64,000 bases of DNA from positions 1-64,000 of the IMG/VR virus record IMGVR_UViG_3300025663_000002. One strand, written 5' to 3'. The notes under the pieces were generated by a model. It was given only the letters and a program-made list of their open reading frames with translations, did not search any database and was not told where the DNA came from. The number at the start of each line of letters is the position of its first letter. Position 1 is the first letter of the stretch. Both the position numbers and the translations under genes were made by a program. This stretch comes from a virus. Lineage: Duplodnaviria > Caudoviricetes. This document shows positions 46,101 to 54,281 of the stretch, in pieces.

Positions 46101-46593
46101 TGTTGTTGATGGTTGGAAAGATTATGTTGCAGGAACTCAACGTGTTACTATTGTTGATATTGATCCAAACCCTACTGGGTTTGGTGCTACTGCTACTGCT
46201 TCGTTGAATGCGGGTGGTGCGGTTTCTGGTATTACAATCACAAATTCTGGTACTTCATACAAACAACCACAAGTTACAGTTGACGGTGAGGTTCTATATT
46301 TTGGTGCTGTAATTAATGCAGTAAATACCAACATTGCATTATTCGGACCAGAAGGTAATACTAACGCAAGTCCATTCGCAGCTAATGGAGTATCTGATAC
46401 TAACTTTAAGAACGGTGTTATGATTCAGTTTGGTAATGATGGTGGTCACTCAATTAACGACTCATGGACGTTTAAGTTACAGACATGGAAGAAAGGTACA
46501 CCAGGAACACTAACATATAAGACATACCAATATGATGGTAGTTTAATTAACACACAGGGCACAATATCTTTAAGAGATATTTGGGAAGCTTAA
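43120..46593 (+). CDS. Fibre protein with GxGY repeats, His module and degenerate cupredoxin-like domain
   Basis: 1157 aa; helical N-terminus, many ITxxGxGY repeats, FNPSEFTAKVGDTIHFTNNDAAAHTV. Confidence 0.75.
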   Translation: MSITLDTITHAVNSFNDIPDVTFNSIDIGEFANDVEIYTNTPAVMIPSKLNAMAGSMKTWLNTNIAAPLEAQQNTFKTEVVVRTNEAMTAVETYINNEVKSFVNDIFVPWANNSGVLLADNANTLEGNVTTTLGQLTTDYTIHVAAQDAIIAQALQSFEDNLAQYTGDSGAGYSIHQTNQLIADQTMTKDISLDNYKFDENGNVTYFREGDFETHHIVYNAEEQIISYGETLSISGEARPFVNHQILGYDESGLKTSIEQVKSYNFFINTDASNIKSFRATGNEKNGDAALDLTILNNTSVADTDNPSILLTRGTPVIMTFEGIIAGDFVSIEDGSGNVYDDGVSGQYAMDSDTITFKPYKSYCHDGVSGATGWGVVSNMGASEIDGDNSGAFQDPDLCEKYFTPNVSILDDFTREYEFVTAGETYDSALSDGLIYKVFISDDSGFSDTYSYTIDHNSKLGTGAIVNAVYDDGCSDITITNGGNGFSNGTIARIFDQDSVATPAVCAITTGDGSIGSVNIINGGAGYNGFWRINLPDIGGLGAHTHIIEVSQAEVNQIKAGSPITKTTLDAGHTHDVTMSWNSFVEEFNFDVYDVVAGHEHGPISSSNEINPDIQLQFIGDGTNAAGYIVLDESGTVVDVIITNSGIGYTNITVQTLGGAATTDATLSGNLVNGAVVSINVNTPGAGYTDSTAATINVGITSSLFNPSEFTAKVGDTIHFTNNDAAAHTVENVEGAFASPSLPQSATWDYVITKDTDITDIYNLTGSGIAQDGRMYVRENTTFIDIVSNTGGGLRAKGTINAAGTLTNVAIIEKGFGYTNADSVRVIDVSGTGEGAYATANIDRKVIDITIDNGGAGYDANTRILVVDPSGRDVNGTKVFGSGAVITPTIDASGTITAITVNNQGSGYTDVDFIVHDASGLGAGLVLTPSVDSYVESITMTARGAGYTNPICIVSDSVGTYGNGNDAGNSTQNNVAGNLFTSTAILNDGIGSIVVVDGWKDYVAGTQRVTIVDIDPNPTGFGATATASLNAGGAVSGITITNSGTSYKQPQVTVDGEVLYFGAVINAVNTNIALFGPEGNTNASPFAANGVSDTNFKNGVMIQFGNDGGHSINDSWTFKLQTWKKGTPGTLTYKTYQYDGSLINTQGTISLRDIWEA

Positions 46594-46624
46594 TACAAAG
46601 ATATTACAATAGGAGTAAATTCAA

Positions 46625-47878
46625 ATGGGAATGGACATATTAACCCTCGGGAAAATCAAAAAGATTGACGATAAGATCGACGGTGTCAATATTAACGTTG
46701 ACGCTAAAATTGCACAACTAGAAATTGACACAAACACGTCGATCAGTGGTAGTGCATCTGATACAGCAAGCGCTGTTGCAACATTAACTTCTGACATGAA
46801 CACGGCGATTGCCGCAATCAACGTTAATACTGTTACTGGTGATCACGCGGTTAGTGGGAATCAAACTACAGTTGGTACTGTTACAGCAAATACCTTTGTT
46901 GGAGATGGTGCTCAATTAACAGGACTAAACCCATTCCCAGATACTGCTTCATTACAGTCAGACGCATATTTAATGGCCAATCCTGCAGGGACAGTCTTTT
47001 GGGCAGAAACTGATTTTAAATTAAGAATAGTATATACTCAGGGATACATGATGGGTGGTTACCAAGGTAGTTCTCCTTGGAGAAATGTGAATAGAACTGT
47101 ACACGCAACAGATATCACAACAAACTTAGGAGACGTTCTTGCACGATCTGGTGGTTATTGTACTGGTGGATTTTCTGACCTAGATGCGTTCTTATATGGA
47201 TCGGGCAACACTATGGGTGCTTCGGCAAATGTTGAAGGATTCCATATGTTCTCCGAGACAGGGTTCTCTGTAAATAATATGACTGCATCAAGAAATGACT
47301 CTGGCGAATTCCAAAACCAAGAAGGAACTATGGCATATATTTATGGTGCTGGAACTGGTAATGTTGATAGACATAACTTCTCGTCTGGGTCGTTTACTAA
47401 TATATACAGTGGAGATTCGTCAGACCATCAAAATTCAAATCAATGGGGTGACGACCTTCATGGGTTCCGTTCTAAAGGTTCTCAAAAAATGAATTTTTCA
47501 ACAGAAGCTTGGAGTGCTTTTGCTAATGTTGTTGGTGCTCAAACTCACTCTAAAACTCTTCCTTCTAAACACGGTAGAATGTATATCGAAAACAACGGAA
47601 ATAGTACAAGTGGAAGTCAGGTAGTAAAATACAACACTACTACATTCTCGGGTGCTAATACTGGTAACTTTAAAGCAGGTATTGGTGGTGAGACTAACTT
47701 TGAAATCGGACAAGAGCACGGGTATGGTTTAGGAGATTGTGGATCACATGGTTGTCAGTCTAATCACTCATACAAAACATATTATCATTCAGACTCACAT
47801 ACAGTTCTTGGTGCAGCTGGAGAAATTAAAGGACACCCTGGAGCATCTTCGGGTGGTTGCGGAACAAGAGGAGCATAA
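46625..47878 (+). CDS. Virion protein with coiled-coil N-terminus and Kelch-like propeller
   Basis: GYMMGGY, AFLYG, AYIYGAG, GYGLG repeats at roughly 40-50 aa spacing. Confidence 0.55.
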   Translation: MGMDILTLGKIKKIDDKIDGVNINVDAKIAQLEIDTNTSISGSASDTASAVATLTSDMNTAIAAINVNTVTGDHAVSGNQTTVGTVTANTFVGDGAQLTGLNPFPDTASLQSDAYLMANPAGTVFWAETDFKLRIVYTQGYMMGGYQGSSPWRNVNRTVHATDITTNLGDVLARSGGYCTGGFSDLDAFLYGSGNTMGASANVEGFHMFSETGFSVNNMTASRNDSGEFQNQEGTMAYIYGAGTGNVDRHNFSSGSFTNIYSGDSSDHQNSNQWGDDLHGFRSKGSQKMNFSTEAWSAFANVVGAQTHSKTLPSKHGRMYIENNGNSTSGSQVVKYNTTTFSGANTGNFKAGIGGETNFEIGQEHGYGLGDCGSHGCQSNHSYKTYYHSDSHTVLGAAGEIKGHPGASSGGCGTRGA

Positions 47879-47880
47879 TA

Positions 47881-48618
47881 ATGTATATTTTATATAAAGA
47901 ATCAGGCGCAGGATACCCAGCGTCAGTAGTACCTAAGTTTAATGTTAGAGGTAGAATAATCGCCCAGGTGGACGCAAACGACCCTATCAATTTCATCAAA
48001 GGTAATGTTAAAACCTTACCAGACAATATTGTTGAAACAGGCGCAATGTTTGTAGGAAAATGGAAAGATAAATATTACATATTAAGTGACGGACAACATT
48101 CTTCATCAAAGGAAACTAATGATGACGAAAAGGTTGATGTTGAATTGTCAGACGAAATAAAAGCAGCTTCTTTAAGTATCTTAAAAACTGTATTGATTTC
48201 TAATGTTGAAGACGTATTTGATTTTAGGTTTAAAGGATTAAACGCAGACGTTCCTGAACTAGAATATTCAACTTGGTCTGCTCAAGTTAAAGAATCAGAC
48301 GCATATTCTGCAGACGACTCTGTTGCCACTCCAGTTCTTGATGTTTTATCAGAAGCAAGAGGAATTAGTGTTGCAGACTTGGTTGCTAAAATTTCATCTA
48401 ACGTTGCTTCTTATAATATTGAGGTGTCTACTCTACTCGGACAACAGCAAGCAAAGGTTGACGAAATAACGTCCATTGATAATGTAAAAGACCTATTGGA
48501 ATGGGATGAAGTTAATTTTGGTATTGAAATGCCATATAAAATCGCAGTCGAAAAGGGAGTTTCTTTTGAAGAAGGAGTTCTTCGTTCTACTCCAGTCATA
48601 ACCGAAGTAAAGTTTTAA
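47881..48618 (+). CDS. Tail-fibre assembly chaperone-like protein
   Basis: EYSTWSAQVKES...TPVLDVLSEARGISVADLVAKI...LLGQQQ; likely start ATG 47881 after GAGGAG. Confidence 0.6.
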   Translation: MYILYKESGAGYPASVVPKFNVRGRIIAQVDANDPINFIKGNVKTLPDNIVETGAMFVGKWKDKYYILSDGQHSSSKETNDDEKVDVELSDEIKAASLSILKTVLISNVEDVFDFRFKGLNADVPELEYSTWSAQVKESDAYSADDSVATPVLDVLSEARGISVADLVAKISSNVASYNIEVSTLLGQQQAKVDEITSIDNVKDLLEWDEVNFGIEMPYKIAVEKGVSFEEGVLRSTPVITEVKF

Positions 48619-48681
48619 ATAAAACTCGTTAAAAAATCCCATATATATATTTGTAGATAAGTAAATTATTATGAATATATT

Positions 48682-48897
48682 ATGGGATTTTTAACACCTT
48701 TAAGATACATGTCAGCAAGTACCATTGTTGCGGCGATGTTTTTACACAGCCAGCCACACCTTTTTCCATATAACGTATATATTCACATGGTGGGAGCCAT
48801 GTTATGGACTATTGTGGGGTTGTCCAGTAAAGATCGCGCGATACTTTTGAATTTTGCACCACAGATTCCTATTTTAGGAATCGGTATGATATTATAA
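48682..48897 (+). CDS. Small membrane protein
   Basis: 71 aa with three hydrophobic segments; PYNVYIHMVGAMLWTIVG. Confidence 0.6.
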   Translation: MGFLTPLRYMSASTIVAAMFLHSQPHLFPYNVYIHMVGAMLWTIVGLSSKDRAILLNFAPQIPILGIGMIL

Positions 48898-48928
48898 ACC
48901 AAACTAATTATATTATGGAGAACAAACA

Positions 48929-49678
48929 ATGAGCAATACAATCAAACTAAAAGAAAGTAGCCTATACTCAACATTAGACGAATTTGGTCGGGAATTATTA
49001 GACTATTCGATGAATAGAACACAAGGGTATTCAAAATTTCAAATGGAAAACTTTGTAATTAACCCCGCAATTACCAATTACAGAAAAATGGATCAAGTTA
49101 TGCTTGAGATCGAAAGCAGAACTCAAGTAGAACGTACTATTGTAATGGAAATTAAAACAAACAAGATTAAAATCGATATGTTAAAAGAAGATATTGAATC
49201 GTTTGAAGGAAGGAAAGGCAATAAACAACTACTTGAGATAGAATTAGAACGGTTGGAATATGATTTAGTGGTTAATACCAAAAGGCATAAGCAAGCATTC
49301 ATGGAATTAGAAACGTTAATAAGTATCGTTTCTGATAACTTTGAAACGACAGAAGAAGTAGTTTCGATGCTTGAAGACGACATTGAAGAAAAGGAAGAAA
49401 AGTATTGGGTCACTCGTATGGCTAAACAAGCTGCAATGGATATGGTATCATCGGGGAGAATTGGTGTTGGTAATATGGACGCTATTGCTGGTATGCCCGA
49501 AGATAAACAAGTAGAAACTCTTGCTGTCGCATTACAATACAATCAAAGACTTAATGACGGAATGTCTCAAATCAACTCAAATGTATTGGAAGGTCTTCAT
49601 ACAAACGAAGGATCGTTGCCAAAGTTTGACGTTCCTTCTATCACTGATAAATTATTGGTGAAATTGGATGATGAATAG
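48929..49678 (+). CDS. Conserved coiled-coil hypothetical protein
   Basis: 249 aa; YWVTRMAKQAAMDMVSSGRIGVGNMDAI; GGAG SD. Confidence 0.7.
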   Translation: MSNTIKLKESSLYSTLDEFGRELLDYSMNRTQGYSKFQMENFVINPAITNYRKMDQVMLEIESRTQVERTIVMEIKTNKIKIDMLKEDIESFEGRKGNKQLLEIELERLEYDLVVNTKRHKQAFMELETLISIVSDNFETTEEVVSMLEDDIEEKEEKYWVTRMAKQAAMDMVSSGRIGVGNMDAIAGMPEDKQVETLAVALQYNQRLNDGMSQINSNVLEGLHTNEGSLPKFDVPSITDKLLVKLDDE

Positions 49679-51386
49679 ACTTTTTAGTTTACCAATTAAT
49701 TCAAAATTAAACCTACAACAAACAGACCAATTCATATCAGAAGTAAGTGAAGTAAAAGGATACGTCCACGATTTATACTTCACTTGTAGGATGCCTCCAT
49801 TTACTCAAGATGCGATGGGTGATATTTTTGAAGAAAAGGACTTTGTTCAAGTTGCGTTTAATGCTATGACTATTGGCAAGACTTTGGGTATTCCTGTATC
49901 TGCAACGTTTAACAACATACACATTTCCCCCAAACAAGAAAACCTTAATACTTTTATAGAATACTTCAAACCTTTATATGATATGGGTGTAACTACGGTA
50001 ACTATACCCCACAGTCTTTGGATGGCAGGTGGACAACTCAAAAAGGCATTCCCTAAATTAACAGTAAAGAATACAATAATCCGTGATGTACACACTCCAA
50101 GCGAGGTTGTGTATCTAGGAAAGGTTGGATTTGATTTGGTCAATTTGGATAGAGATTTGATGAGGGATAAAGACACCTTATTGAAAATTAAAGAAGCACG
50201 AGATTTTGTAAGGAAGGTGTATAATCCCGACTTTAAAGTTTCTTTGTTGGTGAACGAAGGGTGTGTTGGTGAATGCCCAGTAATGGACGAACATTTTACA
50301 TTCAATTCAACAAGGGTTGCAGACGATGTTCCATATTTCTTCGATACAATAAGTAAAAACAGTTGCCCTAAATGGGAAACCGAAGACCCTTCGCACAGTT
50401 TAAAGATAGCAAACCTATCACCTTGGAAAGAGGATTGGGACGAATATATAAATGAATTAGGTATTGACGTATTTAAGTTGCACGGAAGGGAAGACCTAAG
50501 AAGACAATTTGAAAGTATAGAATTAATAAAACGATTCAAAGACAACGAGACTTTTGTATTCAAAGACTTCGAGAGTTATATAGGTGAGTCTAATTTAGAA
50601 AACAAACCAATTAAGGTTTGGAGAGATAAGATTAGAAATTGCAAATTCGATTGCTGGAAGTGTCATTACTGTGACGACGTGTCCAACGCCAAACGCGAAG
50701 ACGAATTTTACACAACACACCCATACGCAGAACACGTTAAATCTTCGTTAATAGAAGCATTTGAATTTGATGGAGTGATGAACGATATTGTAGGTTTGAC
50801 TTCAGAAAAGGTTAAATTCTTATTAAATAAAATAGGTTCTATGCCTGACGCAAGGTATTTAGAAATAGGTTCTTTCCAAGGAGCAACATTATGTTCTACT
50901 TTACAAGACAACTCGATGTCTGCAATAGCAGTAGATGATTGGAGCAGTGAGAAAATAGAACCGTTGAGAGATGTTGATGGTTGGGAAAGTGAAGAAGAAT
51001 TACCAAAAGACGTATTCATTAAGAATGTAGAAAGGTATGCAAAGAACAGTAATGTTACTGTTATGAATGGGAGGATGGAAGAGTTAAATGTTGAAGAATT
51101 TCCATTCAAACCTAATATCATTTTTTATGATGGACCTCATAGTTATACAGACCAATATCATATCTTTGAAAAACTAGACGCAATGATTGACGATGTTTTC
51201 ATTTGGATCACAGACGACTACAATTGGAGACAAGTGGAAGATGCTGTGTCTAGAGCATACACGGACATGAAATATGAAGTAATATATGATAAGAAAATAT
51301 TCACTAAAGGGGAAGACCCAGAAGATTTCTGGAATGGATTGAGGGTTTCTGTACTACGTAAATCAATTAAGTTAAATAATACTTGA
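49668..51386 (+). CDS. U32-peptidase-family (Fe-S) domain fused to class I SAM methyltransferase
   Basis: NEGCVGEC...C, FKLHGRE, CKFDCWKCHYC; then YLEIGSFQG, AVDDWS, FYDGPH. Confidence 0.72.
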   Translation: MMNRLFSLPINSKLNLQQTDQFISEVSEVKGYVHDLYFTCRMPPFTQDAMGDIFEEKDFVQVAFNAMTIGKTLGIPVSATFNNIHISPKQENLNTFIEYFKPLYDMGVTTVTIPHSLWMAGGQLKKAFPKLTVKNTIIRDVHTPSEVVYLGKVGFDLVNLDRDLMRDKDTLLKIKEARDFVRKVYNPDFKVSLLVNEGCVGECPVMDEHFTFNSTRVADDVPYFFDTISKNSCPKWETEDPSHSLKIANLSPWKEDWDEYINELGIDVFKLHGREDLRRQFESIELIKRFKDNETFVFKDFESYIGESNLENKPIKVWRDKIRNCKFDCWKCHYCDDVSNAKREDEFYTTHPYAEHVKSSLIEAFEFDGVMNDIVGLTSEKVKFLLNKIGSMPDARYLEIGSFQGATLCSTLQDNSMSAIAVDDWSSEKIEPLRDVDGWESEEELPKDVFIKNVERYAKNSNVTVMNGRMEELNVEEFPFKPNIIFYDGPHSYTDQYHIFEKLDAMIDDVFIWITDDYNWRQVEDAVSRAYTDMKYEVIYDKKIFTKGEDPEDFWNGLRVSVLRKSIKLNNT

Positions 51387-51411
51387 CTTTTGCATCACGA
51401 TATGGTATAAT
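51383..51411 (+). promoter_or_regulatory. Sigma70-type promoter for the halogenase
   Basis: TTGACT-N17-TATAAT, same style as the promoter at 3959. Confidence 0.8.
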
Positions 51412-51446
51412 ATAATATGACATTACAATAATAATACAATAATAAG

Positions 51447-52967
51447 GTGAATAAAATAATCAACTCAATAACAATAGTAGGAGGAGGTTCTACTGGTTGG
51501 ATAACAGCCGCCCATCTATCTAAAAACTTACCATCTAACGTAGATATAACGTTAATCGCTTCTAGTAAAATTGGCACGATTGGAGTGGGGGAAGGAACTC
51601 AACCATTTACTACTGCATTTTTACAAGAATGTGGATTACAGCCATGGGATTGGATGAAAGACTCCGATGCTACCTTTAAGTTGGGTGTAGAGTTTGTAGG
51701 TTGGTCAGACAACCCAATTTTTATCGACAATGATACTCAAGAAATGGCAGTGCTTGGTCCAGGAATAATGATGCATGATTATGTATTAGGAAAGAATATC
51801 TCCAAAAAAGACTTTGCAAATTGGACACCTTCTTATAGGTTGGCAAAAGAGAACAAGTCCCCTAAATGTGGTGATCCAAGGTTAGATTTCACCCAAGGGT
51901 ACACATCATTACCGTGGGACGCGTATCATTTTAACGCAGATCGGTTAGGGGAGGTATTAAAGAAATCTTGTATAGACAAGGTTAAGTACATAGACGACCT
52001 GGTAACCAACATAGAAACTGACGATAATGGTATTGCCTTCTTAGAGACAGAACATAATGGGTTATTAATATCGGACCTTTATATCGACGCAACTGGGTTT
52101 AAGTCTATGTTATTAGAGGGTGCACTAGGAGAAGAATTCGACTCCTTAGAGGACACTTTATTATGTAATCGTGCGATTGCAATACCTACACAATACAAAG
52201 ACAAAGAACAAGAGATGCACCCATATACTAAGTCTATTGCAATGAAATCTGGTTGGAGGTGGGCTATACCAACGTTCTCTCGGATAGGAAACGGTTACGT
52301 ATATTCTGATAAATATTGCACCCCAGAAGAAGCGGAGCAAGAATTGAGAGAATCAATTGGTGATTTTGATACTCCTGCAAATCATATTAAAATGAAAACA
52401 GGAACACATAAGAATATAGCAATCAAAAACGTATATGCTACTGGACTTGCGGCTGCCTTTGCAGAACCACTAGAAGCCACGGGTATTACGTTTTCAACTA
52501 AGGGTGTCCAAAACCTAACGTCAGCTTTGTTAAATAACAATATGCAATATAATGAAAAGGTGGCCAAATGGTTATCGGATGAGTATCATATGCAGGTAAA
52601 TGAAATTGTAGATTTCATATTCTTACACTACCACCTTGCACCTAAGAACGACACACCGTTTTGGAAAGCAGTACACGAAATAGATATTCCAACAACAACA
52701 CAATCAATCTTAGATAAATTTGTAAATTCACCACCTCACCATTTAACAGAAAAACCACTGTTTACTATGTTTCATGTTGGTCAATGGTTTGAACTGATAC
52801 ATGGATTTGGTGCATATGATAATGAGCCGTTAGGAAAGGAAGTTCAATTTGACATCAATATAGAAAATTATGGTGATATTATGTGGGAAACATATACTTC
52901 TAGAACAGACAAAGAAATTGAATTATTTCCGAATCATTATAAATATTTACGAGACTTTTATCAATAG
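51447..52967 (+). CDS. prnA: Flavin-dependent tryptophan-halogenase-family protein (PrnA-like)
   Basis: IVGGGSTG, IGVGEGT, DATFKLG (catalytic Lys position), WRWAIP, FAEPLEATG. Confidence 0.92.
   Translation: MNKIINSITIVGGGSTGWITAAHLSKNLPSNVDITLIASSKIGTIGVGEGTQPFTTAFLQECGLQPWDWMKDSDATFKLGVEFVGWSDNPIFIDNDTQEMAVLGPGIMMHDYVLGKNISKKDFANWTPSYRLAKENKSPKCGDPRLDFTQGYTSLPWDAYHFNADRLGEVLKKSCIDKVKYIDDLVTNIETDDNGIAFLETEHNGLLISDLYIDATGFKSMLLEGALGEEFDSLEDTLLCNRAIAIPTQYKDKEQEMHPYTKSIAMKSGWRWAIPTFSRIGNGYVYSDKYCTPEEAEQELRESIGDFDTPANHIKMKTGTHKNIAIKNVYATGLAAAFAEPLEATGITFSTKGVQNLTSALLNNNMQYNEKVAKWLSDEYHMQVNEIVDFIFLHYHLAPKNDTPFWKAVHEIDIPTTTQSILDKFVNSPPHHLTEKPLFTMFHVGQWFELIHGFGAYDNEPLGKEVQFDINIENYGDIMWETYTSRTDKEIELFPNHYKYLRDFYQ
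52938..52945 (+). promoter_or_regulatory. Late promoter TATAAATA upstream of the transporter leader
   Basis: Exact motif in the last codons of the halogenase. Confidence 0.55.
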
Positions 52968-52971
52968 ATTA

Positions 52972-53001
52972 CCTCCATATAATTAAGTAGTTATATGGAG
53001 G
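52972..53001 (+). promoter_or_regulatory. 11-bp perfect hairpin in a 152-nt intergenic leader
   Basis: CCTCCATATAA-TTAAGTAG-TTATATGGAGG; no U-tract after it. Confidence 0.6.
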
Positions 53002-53119
53002 CGATTTCGACTCATAATAACCAAACGACATTAGTGTACGTCTTAATCAGAAAATAATTATCTGGACTCACTTTACACAGTTTTGGATATTATCAATTAA
53101 ATGATAAGGAGAAATAAAA

Positions 53120-54178
53120 ATGGAAATTTTATTTGCATTTGTTTTAAAGAAACAAGTATATTTGTTATATTTGTTGGGAGTTATGATATCAGCAGGTATT
53201 ATTAAAGAGAGAGAATACTTTAATGACCTATTCAATATTATTGTAGGTAAGATTAAATCAAAGAGATTGATTGTAACATTGACATCTCTTGTGACTGGTG
53301 TCTTACCTATCCCTGGAAGGGTAACAGTATCAGCAGGAGTGTTAAGTACATTAGCGCCTGATGATGATACTCATGAGCATAGAAAGTCAAGATCAAAGTT
53401 TGGTATTATAGATTATTTAGCGACCCATCACTATTACTTGTGGAGTCCGTTAGAGAAAACTATCATTGTTCCTATGGCAGCCCTTGGTTTAAGTTACTCA
53501 GAGATGTTATCATACACTGGAGGATTGTTAGCAATAACTGCGTTCTATATTGGGTGGTATATATTTGGTAAGATGTCGGAAGATGACATTACATTAAATG
53601 TTAAAACTCAACCAATTAATTGGAATCGTTTAATGTTTGGGGCAATGCCTTTATTTGTGGCAATCGGTGCATTAGTTGCTGGTGGTACTCATTGGATGAC
53701 CTTTGGTATTCTAACTGTGTATTATATTATGTATTCGGGTATCTTTAGTTTATCTAAATTAAATTCCTTTGTAAATTGGAATTTAATGGGTGTGCTTGCT
53801 TTAGTTATTATTGCATCCAATATCGTAGGTTCTAATTATGCCGAAATTAAGTCATTCTTAGAAGCATCAAGTGTTCTTGATATGAATACTTTAATTGGAT
53901 TTTTGAGTATTTCTGCTATTGCATACGGTTCTTCGTTTTTATTGGGATCGTCTGGTAAATATGCTGGTATTGTTGCGTTACTTGCTATGATATACGGTGT
54001 TGAATATTTAACGTGGTTCATTGCGTTAGAGTTCTCAGCATACTTAATTAGTCCAACACATAAGTGTACTCATATTGGTCGAATGTATTTTGGCACTAGT
54101 ATGAAGAAATATTATGCTGTTGTTAGTTTATGGACGGCAATTATGATTGGTTATGCGGCTCTGGTAACATTACCATAA
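53120..54178 (+). CDS. Polytopic membrane protein, DUF401/IT-superfamily transporter-like
   Basis: About 10 hydrophobic segments; GVLPIPG, HHYYLWSPLE, YLISPTHKC...YF. Confidence 0.65.
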   Translation: MEILFAFVLKKQVYLLYLLGVMISAGIIKEREYFNDLFNIIVGKIKSKRLIVTLTSLVTGVLPIPGRVTVSAGVLSTLAPDDDTHEHRKSRSKFGIIDYLATHHYYLWSPLEKTIIVPMAALGLSYSEMLSYTGGLLAITAFYIGWYIFGKMSEDDITLNVKTQPINWNRLMFGAMPLFVAIGALVAGGTHWMTFGILTVYYIMYSGIFSLSKLNSFVNWNLMGVLALVIIASNIVGSNYAEIKSFLEASSVLDMNTLIGFLSISAIAYGSSFLLGSSGKYAGIVALLAMIYGVEYLTWFIALEFSAYLISPTHKCTHIGRMYFGTSMKKYYAVVSLWTAIMIGYAALVTLP

Positions 54179-54183
54179 GTATT

Positions 54184-54207
54184 AAACCACCTTCGGGTGG
54201 TTTTTTT
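54184..54207 (+). terminator. Intrinsic terminator with C(UUCG)G tetraloop
   Basis: AAACCACC-TTCG-GGTGGTTT followed by a T run. Confidence 0.92.
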
Positions 54208-54232
54208 ACGTCTATTATAAGAGACTTGTTTA

Positions 54233-54240
54233 TATAAATA
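54233..54240 (+). promoter_or_regulatory. T4-type late promoter TATAAATA
   Basis: Exact motif after the terminator, upstream of ORF 54282. Confidence 0.75.
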
Positions 54241-54281
54241 TAGTAATTACGTAAATAAATTATTATACAAGGAAATTCCCA

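Noticed and set aside
36002-47878. Diversity-generating retroelement targeting fibres
   Set aside because: No reverse transcriptase and no template/variable repeat pair noticed in this window.
52995-53057. 20-codon uORF MEAISTHNNQTTLVYVLIRK in the transporter leader
   Set aside because: ATG is buried in the hairpin stem with no SD; a chance ORF is likely, though not excluded.
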